A DNA stretch of 64,000 bases, from contig CAWBSZ010000001.1 of NCBI GenBank assembly GCA_963791655.1, positions 90,773 through 154,772 of the forward strand, written 5' to 3'. Each line of letters begins with the position of its first letter. Position 1 is the first letter of the stretch. Under the pieces are notes generated by a model that ran no database searches, was not told the origin of the DNA, and saw only the letters and a list, made by a program, of their open reading frames with translations. This stretch comes from an uncultured Chloroflexia bacterium. Lineage in GTDB: Bacteria > Chloroflexota > Ktedonobacteria > Ktedonobacterales > Ktedonobacteraceae. The translations under genes were made by a program, and so were the position numbers. Below, piece by piece: positions 51,633 through 63,830 of the stretch.

Positions 51633-52991
51633 ATGGCAACTGTCCCCGCTCGTAATGCCGTAAACTTTCGGCAGATGCTACCTATTCTTGGTGCCAGTAC
51701 GCTTGGCACCGCCATCGAATGGTATGATTTCTTCTTGTATGGTTTCCTCTCCGCTACCGTTTTCCCGGTCGTTTTCTTCCCCAAGCTTGATCCGGTAGCT
51801 GGTATCATTGCATCGTTTACCGCAAACTTTGTTGGCTTCGCTGCTCGTCCTATCGGTGGAGCTTTTTTCGGCTGGTTTGGTGATCGCGTTGGACGAAAGT
51901 CAACATTGATCGCGACGCTTTTGCTTATGGGGATCGCGACATTTTTAATGGGAGTTCTTCCTGGCTATGCCACCCTCGGGGTTGGTGCGTCCGTAATACT
52001 TGCAATTCTACGCTTTCTACAGGGAGCAGGTGTTGGAGGAGAATGGGGTGGTTCGGTACTCCTATCTTTAGAGTATGGTGATGACCGTAGGCGTGGCTTC
52101 TGGGCAAGCTGGCCTCAGACTGGTGTGCCTATCGGCTTGACACTTTCCGCACTTGCCGTAATTGTTTTCAAAGCGGTGTATCCTGGCGAGTCTTTTGTCA
52201 CGTTTGGTTGGCGTATCCCCTTCCTGTTGAGTGCGATACTGATTTTCATTGGTCTCTACATTCGCGTTCGTATTCTCGAAACACCTTCCTTTACGAAAGT
52301 AAAAGAGGAGAATCGTGTATCGAAATCACCCTTGGCCGATGTCATCCGCTACCACTGGCGCGAAATTTTACTGGCAGCATTGATTCGTTCTGGTGAGCAA
52401 GCACCGTTCTACATCTTCATCACCTTCATTCTCAGCTATGGCGGAGCATCGTTTAAGCATGTGAGTTTGGAAATGAGTAGTGGTACGCTCTACACTGGCC
52501 TCATCGTCGCTGGCCTGATAGGTTTTGTGAGCATACCAACCTTCAGTTATCTCTCGGACATTGTTGGAAGAAAACGCTGGTTCTTGATCGGAGCAACCCT
52601 CATGGCTGCCTTTGCCTTCCCTTACTTCTGGTTGCTTGGAACTAGAAACGCAGCCGTTGTGATCTTTACCATTACCATCTCTGCTGGCATTTTTCACGCA
52701 TGGCTGTACGGTCCTGAAGCGGCGTTCATCTCGGAGCGTTTTGGTACAAAGGTGCGTTATACGGGAGCTTCCCTCGGCTATCAGCTTGCATCTGTTACCG
52801 CGGGTGGTCCTGCTCCAATTATCGCGGTTGCGCTTGTCGCCACGTATCACTCCTATGTGCCAATCGCGATATACATGATTATCATGTGTGTCATCACCTT
52901 CATCTCTGTATTCGGCCTTGTTGAGTACTCGAACAAGGCTACCGCAGAAGATGTGGAAGAGCGACAAGGATTTGTCGCGACCGCAGACTAG
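51633..52991 (+). CDS. MFS transporter, metabolite:H+ symporter (MHS) type
   Basis: ATG 51633 after AGGAGG. GWFGDRVGRK motif between TM2 and TM3. 12 TM helices. Confidence 0.8.
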   Translation: MATVPARNAVNFRQMLPILGASTLGTAIEWYDFFLYGFLSATVFPVVFFPKLDPVAGIIASFTANFVGFAARPIGGAFFGWFGDRVGRKSTLIATLLLMGIATFLMGVLPGYATLGVGASVILAILRFLQGAGVGGEWGGSVLLSLEYGDDRRRGFWASWPQTGVPIGLTLSALAVIVFKAVYPGESFVTFGWRIPFLLSAILIFIGLYIRVRILETPSFTKVKEENRVSKSPLADVIRYHWREILLAALIRSGEQAPFYIFITFILSYGGASFKHVSLEMSSGTLYTGLIVAGLIGFVSIPTFSYLSDIVGRKRWFLIGATLMAAFAFPYFWLLGTRNAAVVIFTITISAGIFHAWLYGPEAAFISERFGTKVRYTGASLGYQLASVTAGGPAPIIAVALVATYHSYVPIAIYMIIMCVITFISVFGLVEYSNKATAEDVEERQGFVATAD

Positions 52992-53008
52992 CTTAGTAAG
53001 TGGCTCTC

Positions 53009-53045
53009 AAAGACAGTCGAGAAGATATCTCCTCGACTGTCTTTT
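53009..53045. terminator. bidirectional hairpin terminator between the MFS and SMR genes
   Basis: aaagacagtcgag / ctcgactgtcttt with flanking A and T runs. Confidence 0.6.
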
Positions 53046-53048
53046 CGT

Positions 53049-53369
53049 CTAATGTGCTCCACCAATATTCAATCCGACAACACCCAGAATAATTAGAACA
53101 ATCGAGCCAATTTTGATTGCTGTAAGCGGTTCTTTGAACCAGAGTATACCAATAGCTGTAATCAATGCTGTTCCTACTGCTGACCAGACTGCATAGGCTA
53201 TACTAACGTCAATCTTTTTAAGCGTAAGTGATAGTAGCCAGAAGCTTAAAGCATAGCAGAGAATGACGATAACCGAAGGAACAAGTTTTGTAAAACCTTG
53301 CGAGAATTTAAGCGATGTTGTTCCTGCTACCTCAGAAAGGATTGCCAGTACAAGGTAAAGAATGTTCAT
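53049..53369 (-). CDS. SMR-family (EmrE/QacE-like) small multidrug efflux protein
   Basis: 106 aa, four TM helices, conserved Glu in TM1 (AILSEVAGT). Confidence 0.85.
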   Translation of the reverse strand: MNILYLVLAILSEVAGTTSLKFSQGFTKLVPSVIVILCYALSFWLLSLTLKKIDVSIAYAVWSAVGTALITAIGILWFKEPLTAIKIGSIVLIILGVVGLNIGGAH

Positions 53370-53389
53370 GTGTATCCTCGTCTCTCTAC

Positions 53390-53935
53390 TTAAGCTGAAT
53401 GACTCAAGTTGAGCATGGTTGTAATAACTTCCTCACGAAACTTACCTTGTGGTGGCGCGAAACCTAACATACCAGCAAGCCATAAGCCATCGACAGCCAG
53501 CCGCAGAATTGTCGCAAGTGCTGGCGAAATTCCATCGTTCTCGGCTTGTTTTTGCCACTCGTCATACTGTTGACGTAGCGGATTTAATAATTGTGGATTC
53601 GTGGCAATTGCCGCAATCAAGCCTGTTATCGCCGCCGCCTCTTCAGGAATTTGTTCTGCTGTAGACATGGCTGAGGCACGAATATTGGCCCGGGTCCAAC
53701 GACCAACTACTGGCTTTTCCTGCTCAAATGCTTTTGAGAGATCACGTGTGAAGCCCTCTATGTAGAAGGAGATCAGTCCTTCTACCAGAGCTTCTTTGCT
53801 AGGGAAGTGATACAGCACTCCTCCTTTGCTTAAGCCAGCCTCTCTCGCTACCGCTTCGATTGTGAGATGGGCAACCCCTTCACGCTGTATTATTTTGTTG
53901 GCTGCCTCTAAAATGTGTTGTGTAGTTGCACTCAT
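53390..53935 (-). CDS. TetR-family repressor (upstream of the SMR pump)
   Basis: HTH LTIEAVAREAGLSKGGVLYHFPSK. Start placed at Met 53935. Confidence 0.8.
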   Translation of the reverse strand: MSATTQHILEAANKIIQREGVAHLTIEAVAREAGLSKGGVLYHFPSKEALVEGLISFYIEGFTRDLSKAFEQEKPVVGRWTRANIRASAMSTAEQIPEEAAAITGLIAAIATNPQLLNPLRQQYDEWQKQAENDGISPALATILRLAVDGLWLAGMLGFAPPQGKFREEVITTMLNLSHSA

Positions 53936-53936
53936 A

Positions 53937-53970
53937 TGACAACTATACCGTCCAGACGGTATAGTTGTCA
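53937..53970. promoter_or_regulatory. operator-like perfect palindrome just upstream of the TetR-SMR operon
   Basis: TGACAACTATACCGTC-ca-GACGGTATAGTTGTCA (16-bp arms). It ends 2 nt from the TetR start codon. Confidence 0.55.
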
Positions 53971-54173
53971 AGGGTCAATAAGATTATGTTACCCACACTG
54001 TATGGCTAAGGCGTCAAAAAGACAATGTGCATCAAAAAGCACATGATTGAAATGTATTTACTCTATGTGAGCTTCTAAGATATAGCGAACATTTACTCTT
54101 TCAAGTCTCTTGTACGAATGATATACTGATTAACAGCACCTCTGTGGCAGGTTTTCCAAAGGAGAGCAGTTCT

Positions 54174-54827
54174 ATGGCCAGTAATATACTTGAGTTACCT
54201 TTGTTTCCATTAACAGTCCTGTTTCCAGGGACGGTGCTGCCTCTACATATTTTCGAGCCGCGCTACAGGCAAATGATTGCCGCCTGTCAGCGAGAGAACA
54301 AGCCTTTGGGAATTGTATTACCAAAACCCGAAAGCGAATTTATGCGCGAAGTTCCCCACTCTATTGGTACAATGGCAGAGATTCACAACCTGGAACAGCT
54401 TGAAGATGGACGCTACACGCTCAATGCTGTTGGCACCAAACGCTTTCGTATTTTGAGTGAGAATTGCGACAACGCATATATCTCCGCGACTGTAGAACCC
54501 TATGAGGACATCATCGCGAAAGAACCTGACCTTGAGAGCGCGACACATCAAGCGCGAAAGATGTTCGAAGAATATCTGGCAATGCTGCTTCAAGAGGCAA
54601 ACGAGCCTGACGTGAAGGCAAATCTGCCTGACGAGTCTGAAGACCTCTCATACTTTATTGCCTCGTTCCTTATGAATATCGAAGATGTGCAGAAACAGCG
54701 TTTTCTCGAAATGACCTCAACGCATCAGCGTTTACATGAAGAGATCGCCATCCTGCGTCGTGAAGTGCCATTCATGCGGCAAATTCTTTCCAAGAAAATA
54801 TCTGATGACCGAACTATGTTGAACTAG
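54174..54827 (+). CDS. LON N-terminal (substrate-binding) domain protein
   Basis: LPLFPLTVLFPGTVLPLHIFEPRYRQMI. AAGGAG precedes ATG 54174. Confidence 0.75.
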   Translation: MASNILELPLFPLTVLFPGTVLPLHIFEPRYRQMIAACQRENKPLGIVLPKPESEFMREVPHSIGTMAEIHNLEQLEDGRYTLNAVGTKRFRILSENCDNAYISATVEPYEDIIAKEPDLESATHQARKMFEEYLAMLLQEANEPDVKANLPDESEDLSYFIASFLMNIEDVQKQRFLEMTSTHQRLHEEIAILRREVPFMRQILSKKISDDRTMLN

Positions 54828-54878
54828 CAACGCTTCTATTGTGTGACGCAGCGATAAGAAAGCCTGTTGCTCTAGTGA

Positions 54879-55253
54879 ATGAGTGTAAAAAGTATGACGG
54901 AATATGTCAGTTTTCGACAACGATTAGATGCAGTACTGCGCACTCTTGATGTGAAGCAAGTACAGGAATTTCTTATCGCCGAAAAACAGTGGAGCGAAGG
55001 GCAACCGAGCGATCCAGAGTTCGCGATGTGGATGATGGTTGCTGGAACTCCTTCGCTAAAAAATCTGCATGATCGCGCGTATCAATGGCTCATGACGCAT
55101 GGCCACGAAGCCGATGCTGAAGCGTTTTTAGCGAAGGATAAGAAACCTGGCACAAAAAACGGAGCAAATCGGAGAGGCCCTTCAGGGCTGCCAAATTTTA
55201 GTGGAAAGAAAACAACGACACCTCATAAGAAGAATCCAGCTAACGACCGCTAG
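54879..55253 (+). CDS. hypothetical protein with a basic C-terminal tail
   Basis: 124-aa ORF with no recognised motif. An alternative start is at 54894. The last about 14 codons are encoded by the left arm of the 55211-55282 hairpin. Confidence 0.35.
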   Translation: MSVKSMTEYVSFRQRLDAVLRTLDVKQVQEFLIAEKQWSEGQPSDPEFAMWMMVAGTPSLKNLHDRAYQWLMTHGHEADAEAFLAKDKKPGTKNGANRRGPSGLPNFSGKKTTTPHKKNPANDR

Positions 55254-55282
55254 CTGGATTCTTCTTATGAGGTGTCGTTGTT
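55211..55282. terminator. hairpin with 32-bp perfect arms spanning both convergent gene ends
   Basis: aacaacgacacctcataagaagaatccagcta / tagctggattcttcttatgaggtgtcgttgtt with an 8-nt loop. Confidence 0.7.
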
Positions 55283-57330
55283 TAAGCCGCAATCTTTTTG
55301 TGTTTGGCTACGATCTCTTGTTGCACGTTTGCGGGTACTTCCTCATATTGAGAGAATACCATCGAGAAGGAGCCGCGACCTTGCGTGATTGAGCGCAAGT
55401 CCGTAGTATAATGCAACATCTCAGCCTGTGGGACGAGGGCCGTGATTTGTTGCATGTTATCGCCGATTGAGTCCATACCAAGCACACGTCCGCGCTTTGT
55501 GTTAATGTCGCTCATAACATCACCCATATTGTACTCGGGCACTGTGATGGTGACGTTCATAATTGGCTCCAGCAAGACAGGATTTGCCAGGGGTACCGCC
55601 TCTTGCATACCAAGGGACGCGGCAACCTCGAATGATTGGGCCGAGGAGTCTACTGGATGATATTTTCCATCGACGACCGCGACCTTTACATAGAGCATAG
55701 GATTGCCAGAGAGGAAGCCCTTCTTCAGTGACTCACGTACGCCTTTTTCTACACCTGGAATATACTGGCCGGGCACAACGCCGCCAACAATCTTGTCCTC
55801 GAAGACAAAGAGTTGTTCACTATCTCTTGGCAATGGCTCGATCTCTAGCCACACATCGCCGAATTGTCCATGGCCACCACTCTGCCGTTTATGGCGACCG
55901 TTCGCGCGTGCCTTCTTACGGATGGTTTCGCGATAGATAATGCGCTGGTCATGTGTTTCCAGATCGACACTATACTTGCGTTTAATGCCTTCAACTACAA
56001 TCTGGAGGTGTGACTCACCCATGCCCGATAGCAAGACTTCAGCAGTCTCTGTGTCTCGGGAGACACGCAGAGTGCGGTCTTCTTCTATAATACGAGCAAG
56101 TGCATTCCCCATTTTATCGAGGTCTGCCTGGCTCTTAGGGATAACTGCTACCGTATAACATGGAGATGGGAAGGTAATGGCTGGAAGTGGGATAGCTGAG
56201 TCCTTTGTGCCAGCGAGGGTATCGCCCGTATGTGTATTGGCAAGTTTGGTTACTGCACCAATGTCGCCAGTGGGAATTTCGGTTGCGTTTTCTTGTGCCT
56301 TACCTCGTGTTATGATAAGTTGTCCTAATCGTTCATCTGCTTTGGTTTGTACATTGTAGACATGGCTATCTGGCTTGACCGTGCCACTGTAGACACGGAA
56401 TGTCGAGATGGTGCCAACCTGTGCTGCGGCTGTCTTGAAAACAAACAATGCGGGGGTATTGCCGAACATTTTTGCCTCTTCGCATGCGGCATCAGCGGCA
56501 CTGGGCAGATAGTCTACGATAGCGTTGAGCAGTGTTTGCACTCCGATGTTTTTGTTGGCGGACCCACACAACACCGGAAATACAAGACCGGTGCAGGTGC
56601 TCTTCTTGACGACGAAAAGGACTTCCTCATCTGTCAATTCCTCGCCCTCAAGGAACTTCTCCATCAGCGTGTCGTCGCTCTCGACCGCGCACTCAATCAG
56701 TTGTTCGCGGTACGTGCTAATGCGCTCGTTGAGTTCTTCGGGAACTGAAACTTCTTGTACCTTGTTGCCACCCTCAAAGGTATAGGCTTTTCGTGATACG
56801 AGGTCGATCACGCCCTTAAAGTTAGCCTGCTCGCCAATAGGTATTTGAAGTGGGACAACCTTTGAGCCGAGTTTTGTACGCAAGGAGTCTAATGCTTGAT
56901 CGAAGGATGTGTTTTCACGGTCGAGTTTATTTACCAGGATAATACGTGGTAGCTTCCGTTCGTTCGCGTACTGGTATGTCAGCTCTGTGCCAACCTCGAC
57001 GCCTTTTTCCGCGGTAACTACGAGGAGGGCAGCATCAGCGATGCGAAGACCAGCCTTTACTTCGCCCACAAAGTCTGCATAACCAGGGGTATCGATGAAA
57101 TTGATCTTGGTGTCTTTCCATTCAACAGGAAGCACCTTGGCATTCAAGGTCATGCGACGTTTAAGTTCATCGGGGTCATAATCGGAAACCGAGGTACCCT
57201 CATCGACTTTACCCTGTCGGGTAACTGCCCCGCTATCGAAGAGGGCTGCGTCAACTAACGAGGTTTTGCCTGCTCCTACATGGGAAATCAATGCTACATT
57301 GCGAATCTGTTCCGCCCTATAAACCTTCAT
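55282..57330 (-). CDS. elongation factor G family GTPase (paralog-like)
   Basis: G1 SHVGAGKTS, G3 DTPGYADF, G4 NKLD. 682 aa. It is not in an rpsL-rpsG-fusA-tuf context. Confidence 0.8.
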   Translation of the reverse strand: MKVYRAEQIRNVALISHVGAGKTSLVDAALFDSGAVTRQGKVDEGTSVSDYDPDELKRRMTLNAKVLPVEWKDTKINFIDTPGYADFVGEVKAGLRIADAALLVVTAEKGVEVGTELTYQYANERKLPRIILVNKLDRENTSFDQALDSLRTKLGSKVVPLQIPIGEQANFKGVIDLVSRKAYTFEGGNKVQEVSVPEELNERISTYREQLIECAVESDDTLMEKFLEGEELTDEEVLFVVKKSTCTGLVFPVLCGSANKNIGVQTLLNAIVDYLPSAADAACEEAKMFGNTPALFVFKTAAAQVGTISTFRVYSGTVKPDSHVYNVQTKADERLGQLIITRGKAQENATEIPTGDIGAVTKLANTHTGDTLAGTKDSAIPLPAITFPSPCYTVAVIPKSQADLDKMGNALARIIEEDRTLRVSRDTETAEVLLSGMGESHLQIVVEGIKRKYSVDLETHDQRIIYRETIRKKARANGRHKRQSGGHGQFGDVWLEIEPLPRDSEQLFVFEDKIVGGVVPGQYIPGVEKGVRESLKKGFLSGNPMLYVKVAVVDGKYHPVDSSAQSFEVAASLGMQEAVPLANPVLLEPIMNVTITVPEYNMGDVMSDINTKRGRVLGMDSIGDNMQQITALVPQAEMLHYTTDLRSITQGRGSFSMVFSQYEEVPANVQQEIVAKHKKIAA

Positions 57331-57589
57331 AGAAACTAATCCTCCTGAGTTTCTTCACAAGAGGCGATCTACCCAGACGCTTGGAGGTCTGCCATAGACC
57401 ACCTATGCGGCTACTTTTTGTAGCTGGTTCGGTACAGAGATAAAAAATGTGCAACGCACTGTTCCAGTTCCGTAGGTTTAGTATAGCAGTAAAATTGAAA
57501 ATGTTCAATGTTAGAGTGCTCAAAGTTCTAAAATATGTCGCTTGTTCAACATCCATGATACTGTTATACTGGTGAAGTCGAATTTCAGT

Positions 57590-57639
57590 GTAGGGGCACG
57601 GCGTATCGCGCCCGTTCCAGTGATACATCGGGAACCTAC
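57590..57639. repeat. solo REP-like unit (GTAGGGGCACGGCGTATCGCGCCCG...CCTAC) in the SHMT leader
   Basis: gtaggggcacggcgtatcgcgcccgttccagtgatacatcgggaacctac, with the inner stem gttcc/ggaac. Confidence 0.45.
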
Positions 57640-57677
57640 AATGTTTATATACATTGCAGTACATAGGAGGTAACACC

Positions 57678-58970
57678 ATGTCCGTAGATATAACAGATAT
57701 CGAAAATATTTTGGCGCAAGAGGAGACATGGCGGCAAACGCAAACCATCAATCTCATTGCTAGCGAAAATACGCCTAGCGATGCGGTCCGTCGTGTACAA
57801 AATTCGGACTTTATGGGACGTTATGCCGAGGGGCATCCCAATGAGGGTGACAAAGTAAATCGTTACTATCAAGGTACACGTTTTATTGACGAGATCGAGC
57901 GCATGGCCCATAATGAGATCATCGCGCTCTTTCGAGGCAAACAGGCCGATGTGCGTCCGATAAGCGGTAATGCGGCGAACACAGCTATCGCGCTTGGCTT
58001 CTTACGCGGTGGCGATACCATTATCGCTAATTCGACGGATGGGGGCGGACATATCAGTCATGGACCCGTAGGTGTGTTTGGGCGCCGCATCCAAAATCGG
58101 GGGCAATCGCTTAAACTTGGTGGTGCTAATTCGGTCAACCTGCACTATTTGCCTCTGACGCCAGATCACTATCACGTCGATCCAGAAAAGACCATCGAAT
58201 TGATCGATCAGGTTTCGCCACAAATTGTGATTATGGGAAAGAGTTTGTTCTTTTTTCCTGAGCCTGTGTCGCAAGTCGCGGCGTTCTGTAAAACGAAGGG
58301 TATTCCTTTGCTTTATGACGGAGCGCATGTGCTTGGTCTCATAGCGGGTGGAGAGTTTCAAGACCCGCTACATGAGGGGGCGACATGGTTAACGGGCAGT
58401 ACACATAAGACGTTTCCAGGTCCACAACGCGGCGTCATTCTTGGCAATATGGATGAAGAAACGGAAAAGAAATATTGGCCTGCGGCAGATCGAGGCGTGT
58501 TCCCAGGTTCATCAAGCAATCATCATCTTCATACGCTCCCGGCGTTGCTGGTGGCTATTCGTGAGATGAGAAAGTTCGGTGCGAGCTACGTTACGCAAAT
58601 TGTACGTAACGCACAGGCTTTGGGGCAGAGTCTTGATGAGTTGGGGACACCCGTCGAGGCAAGAGAGTTTGGCTATACTATGAGCCATATGATCGGTGTG
58701 AATGTAGCGCAATGGGGGGGAGGGGTCGAAGTTGCGAAGGTATTAGAGAAGAACGATATTATTCTCAACTACAATATGCTACCGGGTGATACTGATCCGC
58801 GTAATCCTTCTGGACTGCGTATCGGTGTCTCAGAAATGACGCGTTTTGGTATGAATGAGCATGCGATGGGCGAACTTGCACAACTGATACATGATGCAGT
58901 TCATGGCAAGAATGTGCAAGAGCAGGTCCACGAGCTTCGAAGTCGCTATACTCAAATGCAGTTTGTCTAA
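57678..58970 (+). CDS. glyA: serine hydroxymethyltransferase family protein (divergent, archaeal-like)
   Basis: ATG 57678 after AGGAGG. INLIASENTPS and the PLP-lysine motif GSTHKTFPGPQRG. The RYAEGHPNEGDKVNRYYQG region differs from the usual bacterial NKYAEGYPGKRYYGG. Confidence 0.75.
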   Translation: MSVDITDIENILAQEETWRQTQTINLIASENTPSDAVRRVQNSDFMGRYAEGHPNEGDKVNRYYQGTRFIDEIERMAHNEIIALFRGKQADVRPISGNAANTAIALGFLRGGDTIIANSTDGGGHISHGPVGVFGRRIQNRGQSLKLGGANSVNLHYLPLTPDHYHVDPEKTIELIDQVSPQIVIMGKSLFFFPEPVSQVAAFCKTKGIPLLYDGAHVLGLIAGGEFQDPLHEGATWLTGSTHKTFPGPQRGVILGNMDEETEKKYWPAADRGVFPGSSSNHHLHTLPALLVAIREMRKFGASYVTQIVRNAQALGQSLDELGTPVEAREFGYTMSHMIGVNVAQWGGGVEVAKVLEKNDIILNYNMLPGDTDPRNPSGLRIGVSEMTRFGMNEHAMGELAQLIHDAVHGKNVQEQVHELRSRYTQMQFV

Positions 58971-59158
58971 TGCAACGAATGCTTACCGTACTAGCATGGG
59001 TGAACATTTTGCTCATGCTTGTGTCGTTGTAAGCTTTTCGGGACCTCTTTCCTAATTGAAACTAACGTTTGCGCTAGTACGTGCATTATCAGTAAGCATA
59101 CTTATTCACAATGTAGCACCTATTGCTACTTTATAAATGAAAGAAAAGGAAGTGGAAA

Positions 59159-60490
59159 ATGGGCAATTTTTTACGAGGTCTTCTTTTTGGTATTGGTTTG
59201 GGTGCATTGCTCGCCCCGATGCGTGGTCAAGAAATGCGTCGTCTTTTAACTACCAGATTTCAGGAACTACGTGGTTATATTCCTGAGAAAACAGAACTCA
59301 ATCAATATACGCAACAAATATCTGAGAAAGCTTCGCAAACCGCGAGCAGTCTGAAAGACTATGCACAACAGGCCACCTCCGAGGTGAAGAGCACGGCAAG
59401 CAACCTGGGTGATCTGGCGCAGCAGGCAACCTCTCATGTGAAGGATACAGCGAGCAACCTGGGCGATATTGCACAGCAGGCGGGTACAAGCACAAAAGGT
59501 ACCGCTAGCGATCTAGGGAACATCGCACAGCAGGCTGGCTCAGATGCCAAGAGTGCTGCTACGAATGTTGCACAGCAGGCCACAGCAAAAGTAAAAGATA
59601 CTGCAAGCACCTTGAGTGATACTGCACAGCAGACAGCATCTCAGGTCAAGGACTCCGCAACTAGTGCTGTAAATACCGCTCAACAGGCGGCTTCAACTAC
59701 CAAAGATACGGTACAACAGGCGGCGTCAACCGCCAAAGACACAGTGCAGCAAGCGGCATCAAACACAAAAGATACGGTACAGCAAGCAGCTTCAACTGCC
59801 AAAGACACGGCAAAACAAGCAACCGTGAATGCAAAAGATACTGCTAGCAATATTGTAGATACAACGAAATCGGCTACCACTAATGTCAAGGATAGCAGTA
59901 AGGATGCGGTGAATACTGCGACAAGCACTGCTTCACAGGCAGTGACGCAAGCACAGCAAAATGTACAGTCCCAGAGTCCCGCTTCGACTGCTCCAACTAC
60001 CAGCAATACCAATAGTAATCCAAGTATTCTTACCTCGACTGCTCCAATTACCAGTACAGCAACGAATAGCACAAGCACTTCTGCAACGGGCAACTCGCTC
60101 AGTACAATTCCTGGTATCGAGCCAGAGATACAGAGCAAATTGGAGATGCAAGGCATACACACAACGCAACAACTGCTTGCACAAACCAGAACAAAGGAAG
60201 AACGCGGCGAACTATCACAAATCGCGGAAATAAGCACGCATATGCTAAGAATGCTTGCTGACCGCGCTGAATTCTTACAGTTGCAAGGTGTTACGACTGA
60301 TGTCGCTGTCATGCTTGAAGAGGCAGGGGTCAACGGGAATAAAGACCTGCGACGACGCAATCCTGAGCATCTATATGCAACACTTTTGGAAGCCCACAAT
60401 TCAGGGAATATCGCGACAAGTGTACCTGATATCGACCGACTGACACAGTGGATTGCAGAAGCAATGGCGTTGACAAGTTCACAAGAGTAA
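59159..60490 (+). CDS. YtxH-like N-terminus, long 11-residue-repeat (LEA/apolipoprotein-like) region, Ser/Thr/Asn linker and a C-terminal DUF4332-like domain
   Basis: MGNFLRGLLFGIGLGALLAPMRG (YtxH-like). About 200 aa of 11-mer periodicity (DTASNLGDLAQQATSHVK etc.). C-terminal IPGIEPEIQSKLEMQGIHTTQQLL plus a second HhH-like repeat. Confidence 0.55.
   Translation: MGNFLRGLLFGIGLGALLAPMRGQEMRRLLTTRFQELRGYIPEKTELNQYTQQISEKASQTASSLKDYAQQATSEVKSTASNLGDLAQQATSHVKDTASNLGDIAQQAGTSTKGTASDLGNIAQQAGSDAKSAATNVAQQATAKVKDTASTLSDTAQQTASQVKDSATSAVNTAQQAASTTKDTVQQAASTAKDTVQQAASNTKDTVQQAASTAKDTAKQATVNAKDTASNIVDTTKSATTNVKDSSKDAVNTATSTASQAVTQAQQNVQSQSPASTAPTTSNTNSNPSILTSTAPITSTATNSTSTSATGNSLSTIPGIEPEIQSKLEMQGIHTTQQLLAQTRTKEERGELSQIAEISTHMLRMLADRAEFLQLQGVTTDVAVMLEEAGVNGNKDLRRRNPEHLYATLLEAHNSGNIATSVPDIDRLTQWIAEAMALTSSQE
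59681..59845 (+). repeat. five tandem 33-bp intragenic repeats
   Basis: Units start at 59681, 59714, 59747, 59780 and 59813 (QQAAST.KDTV x4, then a degenerate fifth). Confidence 0.75.
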
Positions 60491-60498
60491 AGGTTCTC

Positions 60499-60615
60499 GT
60501 AGGGACCGATTGATCGCGTCCAAAGATGGGTCAGGCAAGGTTCGCGTTGCCACATGATATGTATTGGAAACGTTGCCCCTCTGCCCATCTTTGGACGCGA
60601 TCAATCGGTCCCTAC
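60499..60615. repeat. REPIN-like hairpin, family 1 variant, between convergent genes
   Basis: Perfect 32-bp arms GTAGGGACCGATTGATCGCGTCCAAAGATGGG (60499-60530) and CCCATCTTTGGACGCGATCAATCGGTCCCTAC (60584-60615), with a 53-nt loop. Confidence 0.85.
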
Positions 60616-60618
60616 CTA

Positions 60619-63784
<3,166 letters not shown>

Positions 63785-63830
63785 TCAATCAAAGAAATAG
63801 GGGCGTTATCGTTCTGGCTGGCTATTCTTT

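Noticed and set aside
57331-57677. Possible ZTP/THF/glycine riboswitch upstream of the SHMT gene
   Set aside because: None of the conserved cores I know was visible on either strand. Only a solo REP-like unit and AT-rich promoter-like sequence are present.
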